From IMG/VR virus record IMGVR_UViG_3300024269_000024, positions 32,001 to 96,000 of that record: 64,000 bases of DNA; one strand, given 5' to 3'. A model generated the notes under the pieces. That model worked only from the letters and a program-made list of their open reading frames with translations, was not told where the DNA came from and made no database searches. Both the position numbers and the translations under genes were made by a program. Positions 52,601 to 59,510 of this stretch are shown here, in pieces. Source of the DNA: a virus. Lineage: Duplodnaviria > Caudoviricetes. The stretch's first letter is position 1. Each line of letters begins with the position of its first letter.

Positions 52601-54623
52601 TGACAATATCTCTGCAGACTATGAGAACAAGCGCTCTTCAAGAGACAATACACTAGAACAATACGAAGCGTACAATTCTCTACTTGAGACTGATCTTGGC
52701 TTTGAATCTGAAAAGATTTATAACGCCATGATTGCAGAAAATAAACAAGTAATTACGATGCTTGGCCAGCAGCGCGATGCAATGCAAGCAGAACTTAACA
52801 AGCGCGTTGAATCTGGTGAAATCAAAAAGTATTCTCAAGATTGGTACGATGCAGTTAATGACATTGCGGCGGTTGATGTAGAACTTATTGAACTAAGAAC
52901 AGATGTAGAAGATCTACAAGATTCAATCAATGATCTACATTGGGACAAGTTCGATGCGCTAATTGGTAGGCTTGAGATGGTTTCTGATGAGGCAGAAAAT
53001 CTAATTGACATACTAAGCAACTCTGATGTAGTTGACGAAGCTGGTAACTGGACCGACGAGGGTATTACTCAGCTTGGCTTGTATGCTCAAAAGATGGAAG
53101 CCGCAGAGGTTCAGGCGAAAAAGTACGAAGAAGAAATTGCTTATTTGAATGACAATTGGGAGAAGCTTGGCTATACAGAACAAGAGTATATTGAGAAGCT
53201 TGATGAATTAAAGTCTGGTCAATATGATGCAATTCAGGCTTATCATGATACTAAAGATGCCATTGTCGATCTGAATTCTGAGAGAGTAGAAGCTATCAAA
53301 GAAGGAATTCAAAAAGAGATTGATGCTTACACTGAGCTTATTGAGAAGAAGAAAGAAGAACTCGATGCAGAAAAAGATCTTTACGATTTCCAGAAGAGCG
53401 TAATGGAGCAAGAAAAAGACATTGCAGACATACAGCGTAAGCTTGCAGCGTTGTCTGGTGATAACTCTGCTTCGGCTCGTGCAAAACGCGCTCAACTTCA
53501 GGCTGAACTAGCAGAAGCCAATGCTGCACTTGAGGAATCTTATTATGAGCGTTCAGTTTCTAAGCAGCAAGAGGCACTTGATAGAGAGCTAGAAAACTTC
53601 CAAGAAGCAAAAGACAAGGAAATGGAAGGCTGGGATGAGTATCTTGAGGATACAAATAAGGTCGTTAGTGACAGCTTAACAACTATACAAGCAAATACCG
53701 ACGTTGTATATCAGACACTCAAAGCTCTAGGCCAAGAGTATAGCTTATCTATCACCGAATCTTTAACGTCTCCTTGGAAAGAAGGAGAGTATGCAATCCA
53801 ATCCTTCTCTGAACAGTTTGGCATATCTATGAGCGCTACCGTTGAGGAGCTTCAAGCCCTCGCGCTAAAGTTCAAAGAAACAATGCTAGAAATTGAGCAA
53901 GCTGGAACAGATGCGGTTAATAACGTGCAAGCGAGTGTTGAAGGTTACACAAAGGCCGAATATAAAGAGCCTGTAAAGAAAGAAGAGCCAAAAGCAGAAG
54001 AATCTACCAAACAAGACACAAAAGAGGAAACGAAAACAATAAAGGTTGGCGGCAAAATTGATGCTACTGGCGCAAAGATTTATGATTCCGCTACTGATAA
54101 AACTGGCGAAAGACAGTATTACCGCAATGATCCAATTTATGTTGTACTTGAAGAAAAGAATGGACGCTTAAAAGTTAGATACCATAAATCTTCTAAGGGC
54201 GCAACAGGTTGGTTCAACAAGAGCGATGTTAAAGCATATGCCAAAGGCACTACTGGAGTATCACATGATCAGCTTTCTATCATAGATGAACTTGGTCTTG
54301 AAGAGATTGTCATGCATGCCGAAAATGGTAAGCTTGCCTATCTTACCAAGGGAAGTGCGGTAATACCACATGATATTTCTGAGAATCTTATGGAGCTTGG
54401 TAAGCTAGATCCGTCTATAATACTAGATCGCAACAAGCCGAAGATTGGACTGCCTGCAGAGATTCATAACACAGAAATTCATATTGACAATAGTGTTGCA
54501 GAGCTTATTCACATTGACAATTGTTCTACTGAAACATTGCCAGATGTTAAGAAAATTGTTAACGAAGCTCTTGAAAAGCACACTCAAAAACTTAATAATA
54601 GCCTTAAACGCTATACAAGATAA
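37617..54623 (+). CDS. Giant tape measure protein (5668 aa)
   Basis: TP901-type core at about 44560-45500 (REIDSALTELKKVT, DILNEVGNNYA, GSALRTISLRL, LELMAGKNRAN); long coiled coil; two 'A.GT...ELGPE'-type motifs; SH3-like domain near the C-terminus; followed by Dit and Tal. Confidence 0.9.
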   Translation: MANGNVLGTYEFQFNFNAKDAKKQILSISNDFKSQLQEMDTASSKMSVLSNIVGYLEKLDKALDQFKAEHKDDFKNMFAGLDDQLAGSLKSMLGMSMQDWDKLTGIKGRIDAAKANKAKLPELRAIAQDLNSLFTMIGDREFIDIDKMFKQGKGVNAKFDDRIKILSNALDEFYMSYQFVTNSIKDGFGTGGMAGISKMSEEAKQEAQALRDSARELRDAQQQMLMAQSDIHSAEKGNKGIQEKYRIDLTADAVRGLIDDYESLDSKLRDSKLSAKEYCDTLLQMSEVIIKLKNAQKAVEANEDFKGVLSNESGYTGGNTARPQDSFLSGSLSLYSKVLSKDLMDRRMGNQFAVYIQDIIDQKMQRFVELVPNIIGNGLSGTHGTGSGTGDGSGSGIGGLSLDKLKAELDKYKSMFEQSLTPDLEEDELVRLEEECAKIINGLVEICRLSESAGDEFRDIFVDYEEDNIDFNELTAQVTKFLGISDQISDSTFKGVGQHAVTATEYIHAMTNAIREMFDVLSKSSDIEYKALIGGTDIAIRAGQEGEISAKTTAEAFLANLMQDTDVEAHSHMGRGSFINAPDFLQAKRHQYGGLAKISAVIGGKDIVTLDLSKVKMEDADVAYKKLQEVTSGSGRTEIPVEELNKILTDINPEYTDVARKWDPSNFRELATYIYSVKQSAEQSIGPLEKLQQLLNVLAHSKVINYSKYSDMLNGLTKDNVGEVFNHIAKAEGITEDNETLQVDAGDISTISVDALIADIQRKKDLLDEKRKALQITYQEIEDIAEKYAKTRSSKDSEERNFFKQYFHASELPELDKLFIDKASGDIGMSDVVKNIAARFGVQEPSHAEETVQQSAEEQAEAIEYAKKILTKAWQDYYKAAQDAKEAGIRIEDGEVSEEMQNIQNSITKMVDQWKTRLPNGKDASWHLAALDGYITDEKEAWTFDEIKHKISEAFDDNKITLGIPLDEIKKQASGLEELQEEIKSTAQAAEQTGEATKNAQAATATSEAEVAQMGELAGKVKEVTESVEAKTRAFGEEAVAVDEVVTKEIESLDRLKEYLENLQRLISQIFSGEQLKIGELDGIDENEKSNTGKSSIPGLLGEISAHLSSICGILEGVTGVKSKGEDSVTKTKPVVEDAIGGDGLDDQDFGVLNQMLGALKEISGTLTAMKSDVDSGDTSKKSYAFDDTLQQTNVILNNILGAVKNEVQEGKNISNVQESISKLINALTPAVSTLYDVASGIVQAQERTKTSTSLAQARIANNQTRNDLVATALGAVDYKKINGGSSKVTAMIPRTDGIVEMVGYIQTATDEWEQFTLQVDEANKVSILAYDVNGRAAKEAARAAKALKKEEENNPKYNPLDTAKKAREELRKRGADDTETTVQFKDSGRYTVTSKKTIGNLSQEIFQTFDEDVKAMERTTVTVSDHIATELARAHKFITDNSANIDSKLLQDYKSAHDMLVNTDWEGNNDLDGWNKQIELVKHLGKEVQKVIEAKRKLNEQPNAVANDTRLKAYLAQVNDAFKSTGIDVNAPKTKEEEAIVAARDAALNKLLEVKTVQGNLVDLNGQEKQAVDAVVKALTDKTSAYIQTKKNAEAAKQAQDALNNIPTAKSDQAKNLKDFTDNLKNSNLLTADLSGRLTDINSQLNNVQTPDQLDEWIEKFGKLQTDIETFMQSLKQAGIVGGKSKVDDTQQFILDNIDDVTNDNLFNAYADAHAELVDIQNKYAKQPSLSQADIDAWKSQIDHVRLLGDQIEKLIIKRQQLAAQPGVALSAEKLGKYQSDAKSMLKDSGFDINKEEDDVVYKKIKEIYGKIHDKTKELQGSKAVLTDDQIAEFNSLMANLETWTKRYSQRRQDEETRQKFNQDKLSQQDAFDKYKNGLSGMGDMSDEVKHKLEQLGEELKKIGDQDALDAWKKSFEELQSTVSKGSLSEMADLKRQTSAQVRGLDFKDTDTDLDDEQKEIIALRKQLMTQIDEYVAKVKNGETAEINGINATKEALNEKIRLYKEAHNTSEQKANQGVYTGELNKYKRDINKAMNNIGFNATDESLEGEQKKIADMYMRMRVQIEECTAAAKRGEEVQLSGIRDIVAELQKEINLYKQANGIFDNNKVNRDVAKAERGYNLATYNSKAYSGSEVITEKLQKYKAALDDLKDLQKKANSVEGLTADEATKFDHLIQQCNRYAQAIDGVIQSSDKLAKSQKTIDVKPVKPGTNVDDIHKIQNALEGYVNETYDAKAAIDGFNSDTNTLTFTVKEADGTIRRYAASLNAAKTAIVTTYEGVGKETSLLGELFGGLKRKMKELWTYAAARLGVDELIQAIRTGIQYVREIDSALTELKKVTNETDATYSRFLQNMSKTASVVGSTVKDLTTMAAEWSRLGYSLEESAELAKNTAILLNVSEFTDATQASEALISTMQAFQYTADESGHVVDILNEVGNNYAVSSDGIATALKDSASALMEGGNNLEQATALVAAANRVVQDPNSVGSALRTISLRLRGTSVEVLEEMGEATDGVVESTSKLQEKLKALTGVDILTNTGAYKDTYTILKEIGSVWQDLGSLDQAAALELMAGKNRANTLSAILNNMSDLEGAYESAMSANGSAIRENETYLDSIEGKISKFNNAVQTMWMNFMNDDAVKWIVDLGTATIKLINTLKLVPTAAAGLTAIKTFSVSAKDSLSALGEGLSGLITNFGKEGVKNLGATIASQAGSILGSLGKGLLFGGAAYVLTTGISHIITAIDKLAHSTERAVERADEALNKYSDKQKELKDQKTTVDELSDSYIRLSSGVNTLTNDNIGLTVESYEEYLDVVNQIADLHPELVAGYDAEGNAILTLKGRVDQLADSYRKAQEEAALELLTSKNKTDIWKKYTSGMDTGVQYIDENSGKSGWGSVWQDVTADNQKDIVEAILAMSNEELTQFYEYDKTGNDDMWGILRKQLSDMGTVLDEGLVYAAFNKGFSIGDDELHSLDTYKAYFINQLSTLNQTISESMSGIRQTVAASLVFDPIYQQLDSESQDLVNILINNLDPKLIADAGVKSTQGLIEWFSGNVIAQIDENSNLYNDITDASNNLMKAMADGDSDAYQEAKSEWSSLVENMERDVNGNIQIDPDADIVTQYLQQLAKDIENQSKNYEVKLQMQMDFDSAKYIDDIVDDTNEKARRAFFEDLELGENATMQDLYEKIGTSLNDGNGVLRVDEVQSAYQAFLNGDMNDWSMPQREAIVALDQVVKMYGTDIDTVISQLVELGYVSKSINDIASFSLASEKTNEAIDAFQDTISSLKDAWGSLNSKEMTKSEFIDLAQEFPELMKDVDLSDDNWMVRAKENIEALNAVKVDDFVKSLEEMKEAMIERGEDQAAIDMVDSFINYAKEARAINEVTNAQAEYYRLVRSYGDEVRGPSIANVNEETTASIRKQIEAIKESINQYERLEDTLLGTTSAFDRFAKAQEADSKNTYGEQYIEMAQTMYDALYKTGEVGSEAFWAAVRAYVPDDEYVHLLPGKEQLNAIRDYLNDNVFSSLTFDEGAFSIDYSSIEKFVEKAQSVGVFTGTDSNAFGLSADFINNLQKDEDALEKFADQMGMTATQVYAMLAAMDQYNANGVGLSMLLQLDTSTAGQITLVTSQLEQLYTQREALLKQGTDDVALGYNMDEIAATEAQLGSLQQQAVESVKAYAMVENALKATEEKVATVLPESIYTEIGLTGEENVKDVLQTIEGYLIKISEPAVVELEIARQEIEDLESTDPTITAHVKIDDDGLYELINEEDYHGEIDLQHYVDLKNAESLIDKSLSENLTKSETYLSEIAENTRIMAGENDTDNAPEESNGNDVSTDKNPVHGGAGGKFGKPTIDTEATELHLNTMKDFYNLGEAIAKERAMLSSKGAMDFLQQSTYDNLGKLQKEATEIYDKLNEGAMSAEEAIPKFSELLSQAVKFGIKQPSAPSIAEVPSWLDVTSPEGKLFGDAILGRTNNGADSMMPQYGEAYTDPATIAPEQVVITDSNLQIDGADNKIEGPDVQQYDTFIKELETFDPNALLPAEKIQDMGLKEIADEAITAGDALEYFANKKQDAMVPGTAGALFDATAIKEGVLTYSELQNEVTSFNELLDQTDEIIGDNTEVTQAYRDLLLEMCETEQERADVKAQFDEHDGKLIVKNSRALKKLVREKKKELASDVKLAKAHAQLEYYDLYKQMHDLVNSTEVMDSTTLNYINSLYEEMGAIQRTIAKYSMLEAQLLGTSNAYDKLAEAQEADAATDYGSKAEELMGVLGEAFTTGQLGTQAAQVAIEGLVPESVYQDVDDLDEKMKKIYKYFTGGEVSKLFTVKYTEEGELESVEMTEKNVEDYTDSLFKKTVDSALGEGTVFQGTWDEFTLNPAIQTLEDFAKACGLTEEVAFAFLTELEKYDINWLGGDFETLLDQLMGDDLAYGIQEATKAMADQEIKMAELRKKVADGELSTGDQEYINAQKEYDVAQAELESKEEQAIVDVTDWSNKTKALEEQKKHLEDLAKDYEELKASDMNADEKEEELERLNAEMDSTTETIDGLISDLDELGAPTEFVIEVASAEAQENIDKFKEKWEGAAEDGDKKAVKITAAVEEIDTAGLDGLEKLGFTQNSDGTWEAGADVKIKGWSELDTASQQEIIDYINMLEEQHTIDLLLGGGTKTVEDHLSDISRTLEHIAQLFDPTYTIDVNTKNAQSKISTFKTSWDGIKSKTVTVWASIKKTASSLWNQLTGRGGVNGTAHVQGTAFKSGSWGAKETETALVGELGPELLVRGNRWTTIGENGAEFRDIRKGDIIFNHKQTEDLLSKGYVTGRGKAFAEGTAYAGINTWTDTVKGSQSYNSTLGKEISNSASKLSKAASDISKSSDKLSDDFKEIFDWIEVRIEEITEDLDLKSAKLENANGSKNQNVIIDDMIDLNKHLYDNLTAGASKYYEYAAKLLEKVPSEYRDAAQNGSIAIESFVGKVGESTLEAIQDYREWVQKGADATQQAEETLTEISSLAKQAIDNISADYENKRSSRDNTLEQYEAYNSLLETDLGFESEKIYNAMIAENKQVITMLGQQRDAMQAELNKRVESGEIKKYSQDWYDAVNDIAAVDVELIELRTDVEDLQDSINDLHWDKFDALIGRLEMVSDEAENLIDILSNSDVVDEAGNWTDEGITQLGLYAQKMEAAEVQAKKYEEEIAYLNDNWEKLGYTEQEYIEKLDELKSGQYDAIQAYHDTKDAIVDLNSERVEAIKEGIQKEIDAYTELIEKKKEELDAEKDLYDFQKSVMEQEKDIADIQRKLAALSGDNSASARAKRAQLQAELAEANAALEESYYERSVSKQQEALDRELENFQEAKDKEMEGWDEYLEDTNKVVSDSLTTIQANTDVVYQTLKALGQEYSLSITESLTSPWKEGEYAIQSFSEQFGISMSATVEELQALALKFKETMLEIEQAGTDAVNNVQASVEGYTKAEYKEPVKKEEPKAEESTKQDTKEETKTIKVGGKIDATGAKIYDSATDKTGERQYYRNDPIYVVLEEKNGRLKVRYHKSSKGATGWFNKSDVKAYAKGTTGVSHDQLSIIDELGLEEIVMHAENGKLAYLTKGSAVIPHDISENLMELGKLDPSIILDRNKPKIGLPAEIHNTEIHIDNSVAELIHIDNCSTETLPDVKKIVNEALEKHTQKLNNSLKRYTR

Positions 54624-54631
54624 AACAACAT

Positions 54632-54662
54632 GGAGAGGGTCGAAAGATCCTCTCCTATTTTA
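54632..54662 (+). terminator. Intrinsic terminator
   Basis: GGAGAGGGTC-GAAA-GATCCTCTCC followed by TATTTT. Confidence 0.75.
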
Positions 54663-54695
54663 TATTAAATAAAAAGAAAGGAGCTGAAAATCTAT

Positions 54696-55913
54696 ATGTC
54701 TTCATACTATCCTTCATTTTCGTATCTAGGGATCAACTCAAGAGACAAGGGACTCGTAGTTTCGCATTTTGATGCAGACCAAGGTGAGTCTGATACTTTT
54801 CTTGGTATGGAACCAGTATACACTGAAAGCGCAGACGGTTCGCGCAGACTAGATTATGGCGCAAAATACAATAACGTTGCTGTTTTTAGGATTACGGTAA
54901 TCAAAGAAGATGGTGGCGATTTCTCAGTTAAAGAAGTACGTGATAATCTACGGTGGCTTACGGGCGCAAAATCAAACTCATCACTAGACTTATTTGAAAA
55001 CTTTGTGGAAGAATTTGTAAGCGATGATAGCAGATGCACTTTTGAGTTAACAAATTACTGTGACAATATTTTTAATGTTTACGTCAATGGCTCTATATTC
55101 AATGGCTACATAGGCACTGGAAGCGACGTTAATAAAACTAAGTCTTCTATCACTTTATCAAACGTACCTGGTGTGCAACCAGCATTAAAACAAGGTGATA
55201 CTGTCAAAATAGCTTATGGCAGAATCAAGTATTCATTTACTTGTCGTGTAACAAATGCATGGCAATATAAAATGGATGCAAGAACAGTAGGTCTTATTTT
55301 AGAATTCACATCTATTTCACCATGGGCTTATTCTGCAAAACAGGTTGTGTCTGCTTCGATTGACGGCTCCGCAGCTTTAACAATTGACAATAAGACAGAT
55401 GATTTGTATGGCGCTACGCCTGTAAATGTTATATTTGAAAATACAACTGGTGGCTCATTGGTGATAACAAACAATGCAACTGGGGACATAACAAAAGTAT
55501 TTAATCTCAGTGAAAATGAAACTATTACTATGAGCAACAACATGATGATTTTATCAAGCGTTCCCAACAAAACATTTGGAAATGATTTTAATTTTGTTTT
55601 TCAGCGGCTGTATGCCAACCAAAATAAATTAAACATAGATGGCACTGGAAATATTACATTTGAGTACGTGTATGTAATAAAAATTGGCGATTGCGCTATG
55701 GATATTAATGTTATTTCAGACCCGATATGTAACGACAACGGAGAAATTATTCTAGATACTCTTGATTGGAGTAGGATTACTGGAACACCTACAACTTATC
55801 AGGCATATGGAATAACAAATGTATATTCAAAAGTAGAAGTAGATATGCTCGTTGCGGGTATTGAAATAGATGAGGATGAGCTCAGTAGAATGCTGGTCGA
55901 AGAGCTCAATTAA
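54696..55913 (+). CDS. Distal tail protein (Dit-like) with an insertion and a C-terminal extension
   Basis: Follows the tape measure gene; 'FSYLGINS.D.GL', 'RWLTG', 'FT..SPWAYS', 'N.L...G.....FEY' Dit-type motifs. Confidence 0.7.
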   Translation: MSSYYPSFSYLGINSRDKGLVVSHFDADQGESDTFLGMEPVYTESADGSRRLDYGAKYNNVAVFRITVIKEDGGDFSVKEVRDNLRWLTGAKSNSSLDLFENFVEEFVSDDSRCTFELTNYCDNIFNVYVNGSIFNGYIGTGSDVNKTKSSITLSNVPGVQPALKQGDTVKIAYGRIKYSFTCRVTNAWQYKMDARTVGLILEFTSISPWAYSAKQVVSASIDGSAALTIDNKTDDLYGATPVNVIFENTTGGSLVITNNATGDITKVFNLSENETITMSNNMMILSSVPNKTFGNDFNFVFQRLYANQNKLNIDGTGNITFEYVYVIKIGDCAMDINVISDPICNDNGEIILDTLDWSRITGTPTTYQAYGITNVYSKVEVDMLVAGIEIDEDELSRMLVEELN

Positions 55914-55934
55914 CAGTTAGGAGGAAAAGGAACT

Positions 55935-58900
55935 ATGTTATTGCCTAAAGACATATTATCGGGCACATATAGAAAACCGGACGTTTATCTATGCGAAGCT
56001 GACAAGTCAAAAATATGTAAGCTAGAAACATCTAACATGTCTGGTACTTTCAAGTTCAATGCCTATAGCGAACTAACTTTTGATGTGGCTCGTGTTTATA
56101 ACGATATTATTACTGGTTCGACGCAAGTAAACCCATACTACAATAAGATTGAAGCGTTGCGCCTTATCCTCTTAGACGATTTCGGATATTTCGAGATACA
56201 AGACCCAGAAATTGATGGCGATGGCATTAAAGAAACTAAATCACTTGTAGCTTATTCTTTGGAATATACATTGTCACAAAAATACTTAGAAACGTTTTAT
56301 GTAAACAGGGGCACAATCGATTCGGTTGAAGTGCTTTATTTAGAAGAACAAAAGTTAAATAATCAAAATGCAACTCTTGCGCCAGTGACTTTTTATAATC
56401 AAAATGTCCCAGAATTGAGCTTGCTACACTTGGTTTTAGAAAAGGCATATGGGTGGACAATCGGTCACGTGGACGACTCTTTAAAAACAATGAGTCGCCA
56501 ATTTGAAGTTGACAGAGAGTCTATTTATGATTTTATCATGAATGAAGTCTGTGAGAAATTCAATTGCTATGCTATATTTGATACATTCAAAAATGAAATT
56601 AATTTTTACGCAGAAACATCAGTGAATAAATTTACTGGAGACGGTATTACAAATACATTTACTGTTTATCCTGTATTCTCAGAACTTGGAACAGTATCGA
56701 TTGATGGCTATAAAACAATTGATTATGAATATAACAATATCACTGGTGAGTTAAAACTTGGCGCAACACCACCATTTGGCGCAATGATTGAAGTGACTGA
56801 TGGCTCATTAAGTTCTTGGGAAACTGACGTATATGTTACTTTTGATAATTTAGCGCAAGAAATGCATATTAGTTATCCATCGGACGACATCAAAACGGTA
56901 TTAACCGTTAAGGGTGCAGACGATCTTGACATTAGAGAAGTAAATAATGGACTACCATATATTGTTGATCTATCTTATTTCTATAACGTAGACCGAATGG
57001 GGCAAGATTTATACGATAAATATACTGAATATTTGGCAAAATGCACAGCAAGTCAAAATGAGTATAAAGAAAACTCCCAAGAGATTATAAAACTTTCAAA
57101 CAGAATCCTGTATGAAACAAATAGACTTTCACTGCAATATCGTGAGCCAGAAGAGGTTGTAACTTCTACGACAGTTGGCACTTATTACACTCGTCACGAA
57201 CATACCAGTAGCGCTGACGGAAGTACTGTATATTATTATACTGAAGTTTCATTACCTGCAGATTATATCGAGGGTACGGAGTATTATTCTGTAGCGAGCA
57301 TAAGTTTGAATGAAGATAAGTTTTCCAATCTGTATGAGGCGTTACAAAAATATTACAAATCTTATTTTTATACTGGAGAAGTAATTGAAATTATTGGTGA
57401 AGATTCGACTTTAGTGGATGATTTTTCTTTTATGGAAGAATACAAGATAAATGGTGAAGAAACGTACACAATAGAACAGCTAAATACAACATTAAGTTCC
57501 ACTGAAATATCCGCCGAAGATAAAGATGCGGTAGTTCTAAAATTTTTAAGCGCAATATGGGATCAGCTTGGTTTAGAGCCGCTTAAAACATCATACCTAG
57601 CCCCATACAAGAAAATACAGACAGTAAATGCAAGCGCTGGGTGGTCTGAAAAAAACAATGATAATTACGGGTCATATTATCTAGTTGTTTTAATTTTAGA
57701 ATCAATAGAAGATGCAATCAACAAGCAGCATGCAAATATTGATCACTTGAATAACATGATGTCAGAATATAGTGATGCAAATGCAAAGATTAGCGCAAGT
57801 TTATTGATAGACAATCCTGACAACTTTACGCCAGCGCAAATTGTTCGTTTGAGTGCCTTTTTAAGAGAAGATGAATATGTTGATGACAACTTTGCGCCCA
57901 CTGGCAACGAAAGCACGGAAGAGCTGTTTAAACTAAAGCAAGAGCTATTAGAGTGCGGACGAATTGAGCTATCTAAATTATGCGAACCGCGTTTAAAATT
58001 CACAATGTCGCTTGCCAATATTTATGCTTTGCCAGAGTTTGCCCCGATTGTAAACCAGTTTAAGCTTGGAAATTTGATAAAAATTGCATTGAGGCCAGAC
58101 TATATTAAGCACACAAGATTGATGCAAGTTAATTTTAATTTCGAGGACTTCTCTGACTTTTCTTGCGAGTTTGGCGACTTATCATCTGTTAGATCGCAAA
58201 CAGATTTACATGCAGATTTGTTATCACAGGCTATTAGTGCTGGTAAAACTGTAGCAAGTAATGCCAGCTATTGGGATAGTGGCACAGATACTGCCAATTC
58301 AATTGATGTTCGTTTGCAGCAGGGTTTGCTTAATGCGGCAACTGAAATTAAAGATATTGATGGCAATCAGCTCTCATATATTGATAAATACGGTATACAC
58401 TTGCAAGCAAAAAATCCTGACACAGGAGCAATAGAGCCCGAACAGGGATGGATTGTAAATAACAAAATCCTTTATTCCGATGATGCGTTTAAAACAACGA
58501 AGTCTGTGTTTGGTAAGTATAAAATTAGTAACAATGAAGAGCGATGGGGTCTGTTAGCCGATGCAGTAGTGGCAGGATACATTGAGGGCTCAACTATGAT
58601 CGGCGGTACAATTAAAATTGGCGATCAAGGTGATGGCTCATATGCATTTGAAGTTGACGAGTACGGAAATGTTACAATGGGTGGCAACAACCATGCTGCC
58701 GTTATTAAGTTCATGAATTGTGTTAATCCTTCTGCAGATTTTGCTGATCAATTTTTGGTTGCGTATATTGAATTATACCAAGATGGAAGTGTAGTAGATA
58801 AATCTAAAACAAGTAAATATTATGTTCTTCCTTCTGATTATAATGACAATTTGTCCAGCCAGGATCTTAAAAGTATAAATACTACAGATAACAAATACAT

Positions 58901-59489
58901 ATATTTTGTGCATCCAAAGACATCCGACAATGGAGCTACCACATACAATTTAATTCTTGGAGAGTATATTGATCAAGAAATAGGCTGGACAAAGATTGAA
59001 GAAGAATACTCGTATTCCTACACAAGCAACATTACAGAGCGTGATTCCAAAGTGTTTGTCATCCCAAATGTAACTTCGGCAAGTTTTAATGATGTTGAAG
59101 CTGTTATTTTTGATGATAATGGAAGAGCTATTGCAATTGCCAATGCGGACGCAGATATTGCGCAAATGCAAAAAGATATAAACAACTATTTTAAGTTTAA
59201 CCGAAACGATGGATTGATTATTGGTCAAACAAGCAATCAATTTTATGTACAAATAGAGCCAACAAAGATGGGGTTTCATGATAATAGTGGCACAGAGGAT
59301 GTCGAGGTTGTAAGTATAGGCGGTCAATCTGCAACAATTCAAAATGCAACGTTTAACGGAGATGCGCAATTTAATAATGATATATCAGTTGCTGGTAACA
59401 CAACATTTAATGGACAAGTCAATATGTCCAATAGATTTATTTGGAACATCGAAGAAAATGGCAGCTTGTCACTGTCAATAAATACATAA
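55935..59489 (+). CDS. Tail-associated hub/spike protein (Tal-like)
   Basis: Follows Dit; 'SELTFDV', 'GWTIG.VD', 'FDT....INFY', 'FKLGN.I', 'GL.AD.VVAG.I.G' motifs of siphophage Tal proteins. Confidence 0.7.
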   Translation: MLLPKDILSGTYRKPDVYLCEADKSKICKLETSNMSGTFKFNAYSELTFDVARVYNDIITGSTQVNPYYNKIEALRLILLDDFGYFEIQDPEIDGDGIKETKSLVAYSLEYTLSQKYLETFYVNRGTIDSVEVLYLEEQKLNNQNATLAPVTFYNQNVPELSLLHLVLEKAYGWTIGHVDDSLKTMSRQFEVDRESIYDFIMNEVCEKFNCYAIFDTFKNEINFYAETSVNKFTGDGITNTFTVYPVFSELGTVSIDGYKTIDYEYNNITGELKLGATPPFGAMIEVTDGSLSSWETDVYVTFDNLAQEMHISYPSDDIKTVLTVKGADDLDIREVNNGLPYIVDLSYFYNVDRMGQDLYDKYTEYLAKCTASQNEYKENSQEIIKLSNRILYETNRLSLQYREPEEVVTSTTVGTYYTRHEHTSSADGSTVYYYTEVSLPADYIEGTEYYSVASISLNEDKFSNLYEALQKYYKSYFYTGEVIEIIGEDSTLVDDFSFMEEYKINGEETYTIEQLNTTLSSTEISAEDKDAVVLKFLSAIWDQLGLEPLKTSYLAPYKKIQTVNASAGWSEKNNDNYGSYYLVVLILESIEDAINKQHANIDHLNNMMSEYSDANAKISASLLIDNPDNFTPAQIVRLSAFLREDEYVDDNFAPTGNESTEELFKLKQELLECGRIELSKLCEPRLKFTMSLANIYALPEFAPIVNQFKLGNLIKIALRPDYIKHTRLMQVNFNFEDFSDFSCEFGDLSSVRSQTDLHADLLSQAISAGKTVASNASYWDSGTDTANSIDVRLQQGLLNAATEIKDIDGNQLSYIDKYGIHLQAKNPDTGAIEPEQGWIVNNKILYSDDAFKTTKSVFGKYKISNNEERWGLLADAVVAGYIEGSTMIGGTIKIGDQGDGSYAFEVDEYGNVTMGGNNHAAVIKFMNCVNPSADFADQFLVAYIELYQDGSVVDKSKTSKYYVLPSDYNDNLSSQDLKSINTTDNKYIYFVHPKTSDNGATTYNLILGEYIDQEIGWTKIEEEYSYSYTSNITERDSKVFVIPNVTSASFNDVEAVIFDDNGRAIAIANADADIAQMQKDINNYFKFNRNDGLIIGQTSNQFYVQIEPTKMGFHDNSGTEDVEVVSIGGQSATIQNATFNGDAQFNNDISVAGNTTFNGQVNMSNRFIWNIEENGSLSLSINT

Positions 59490-59510
59490 TATAGCACTGG
59501 AGGTGATTAA

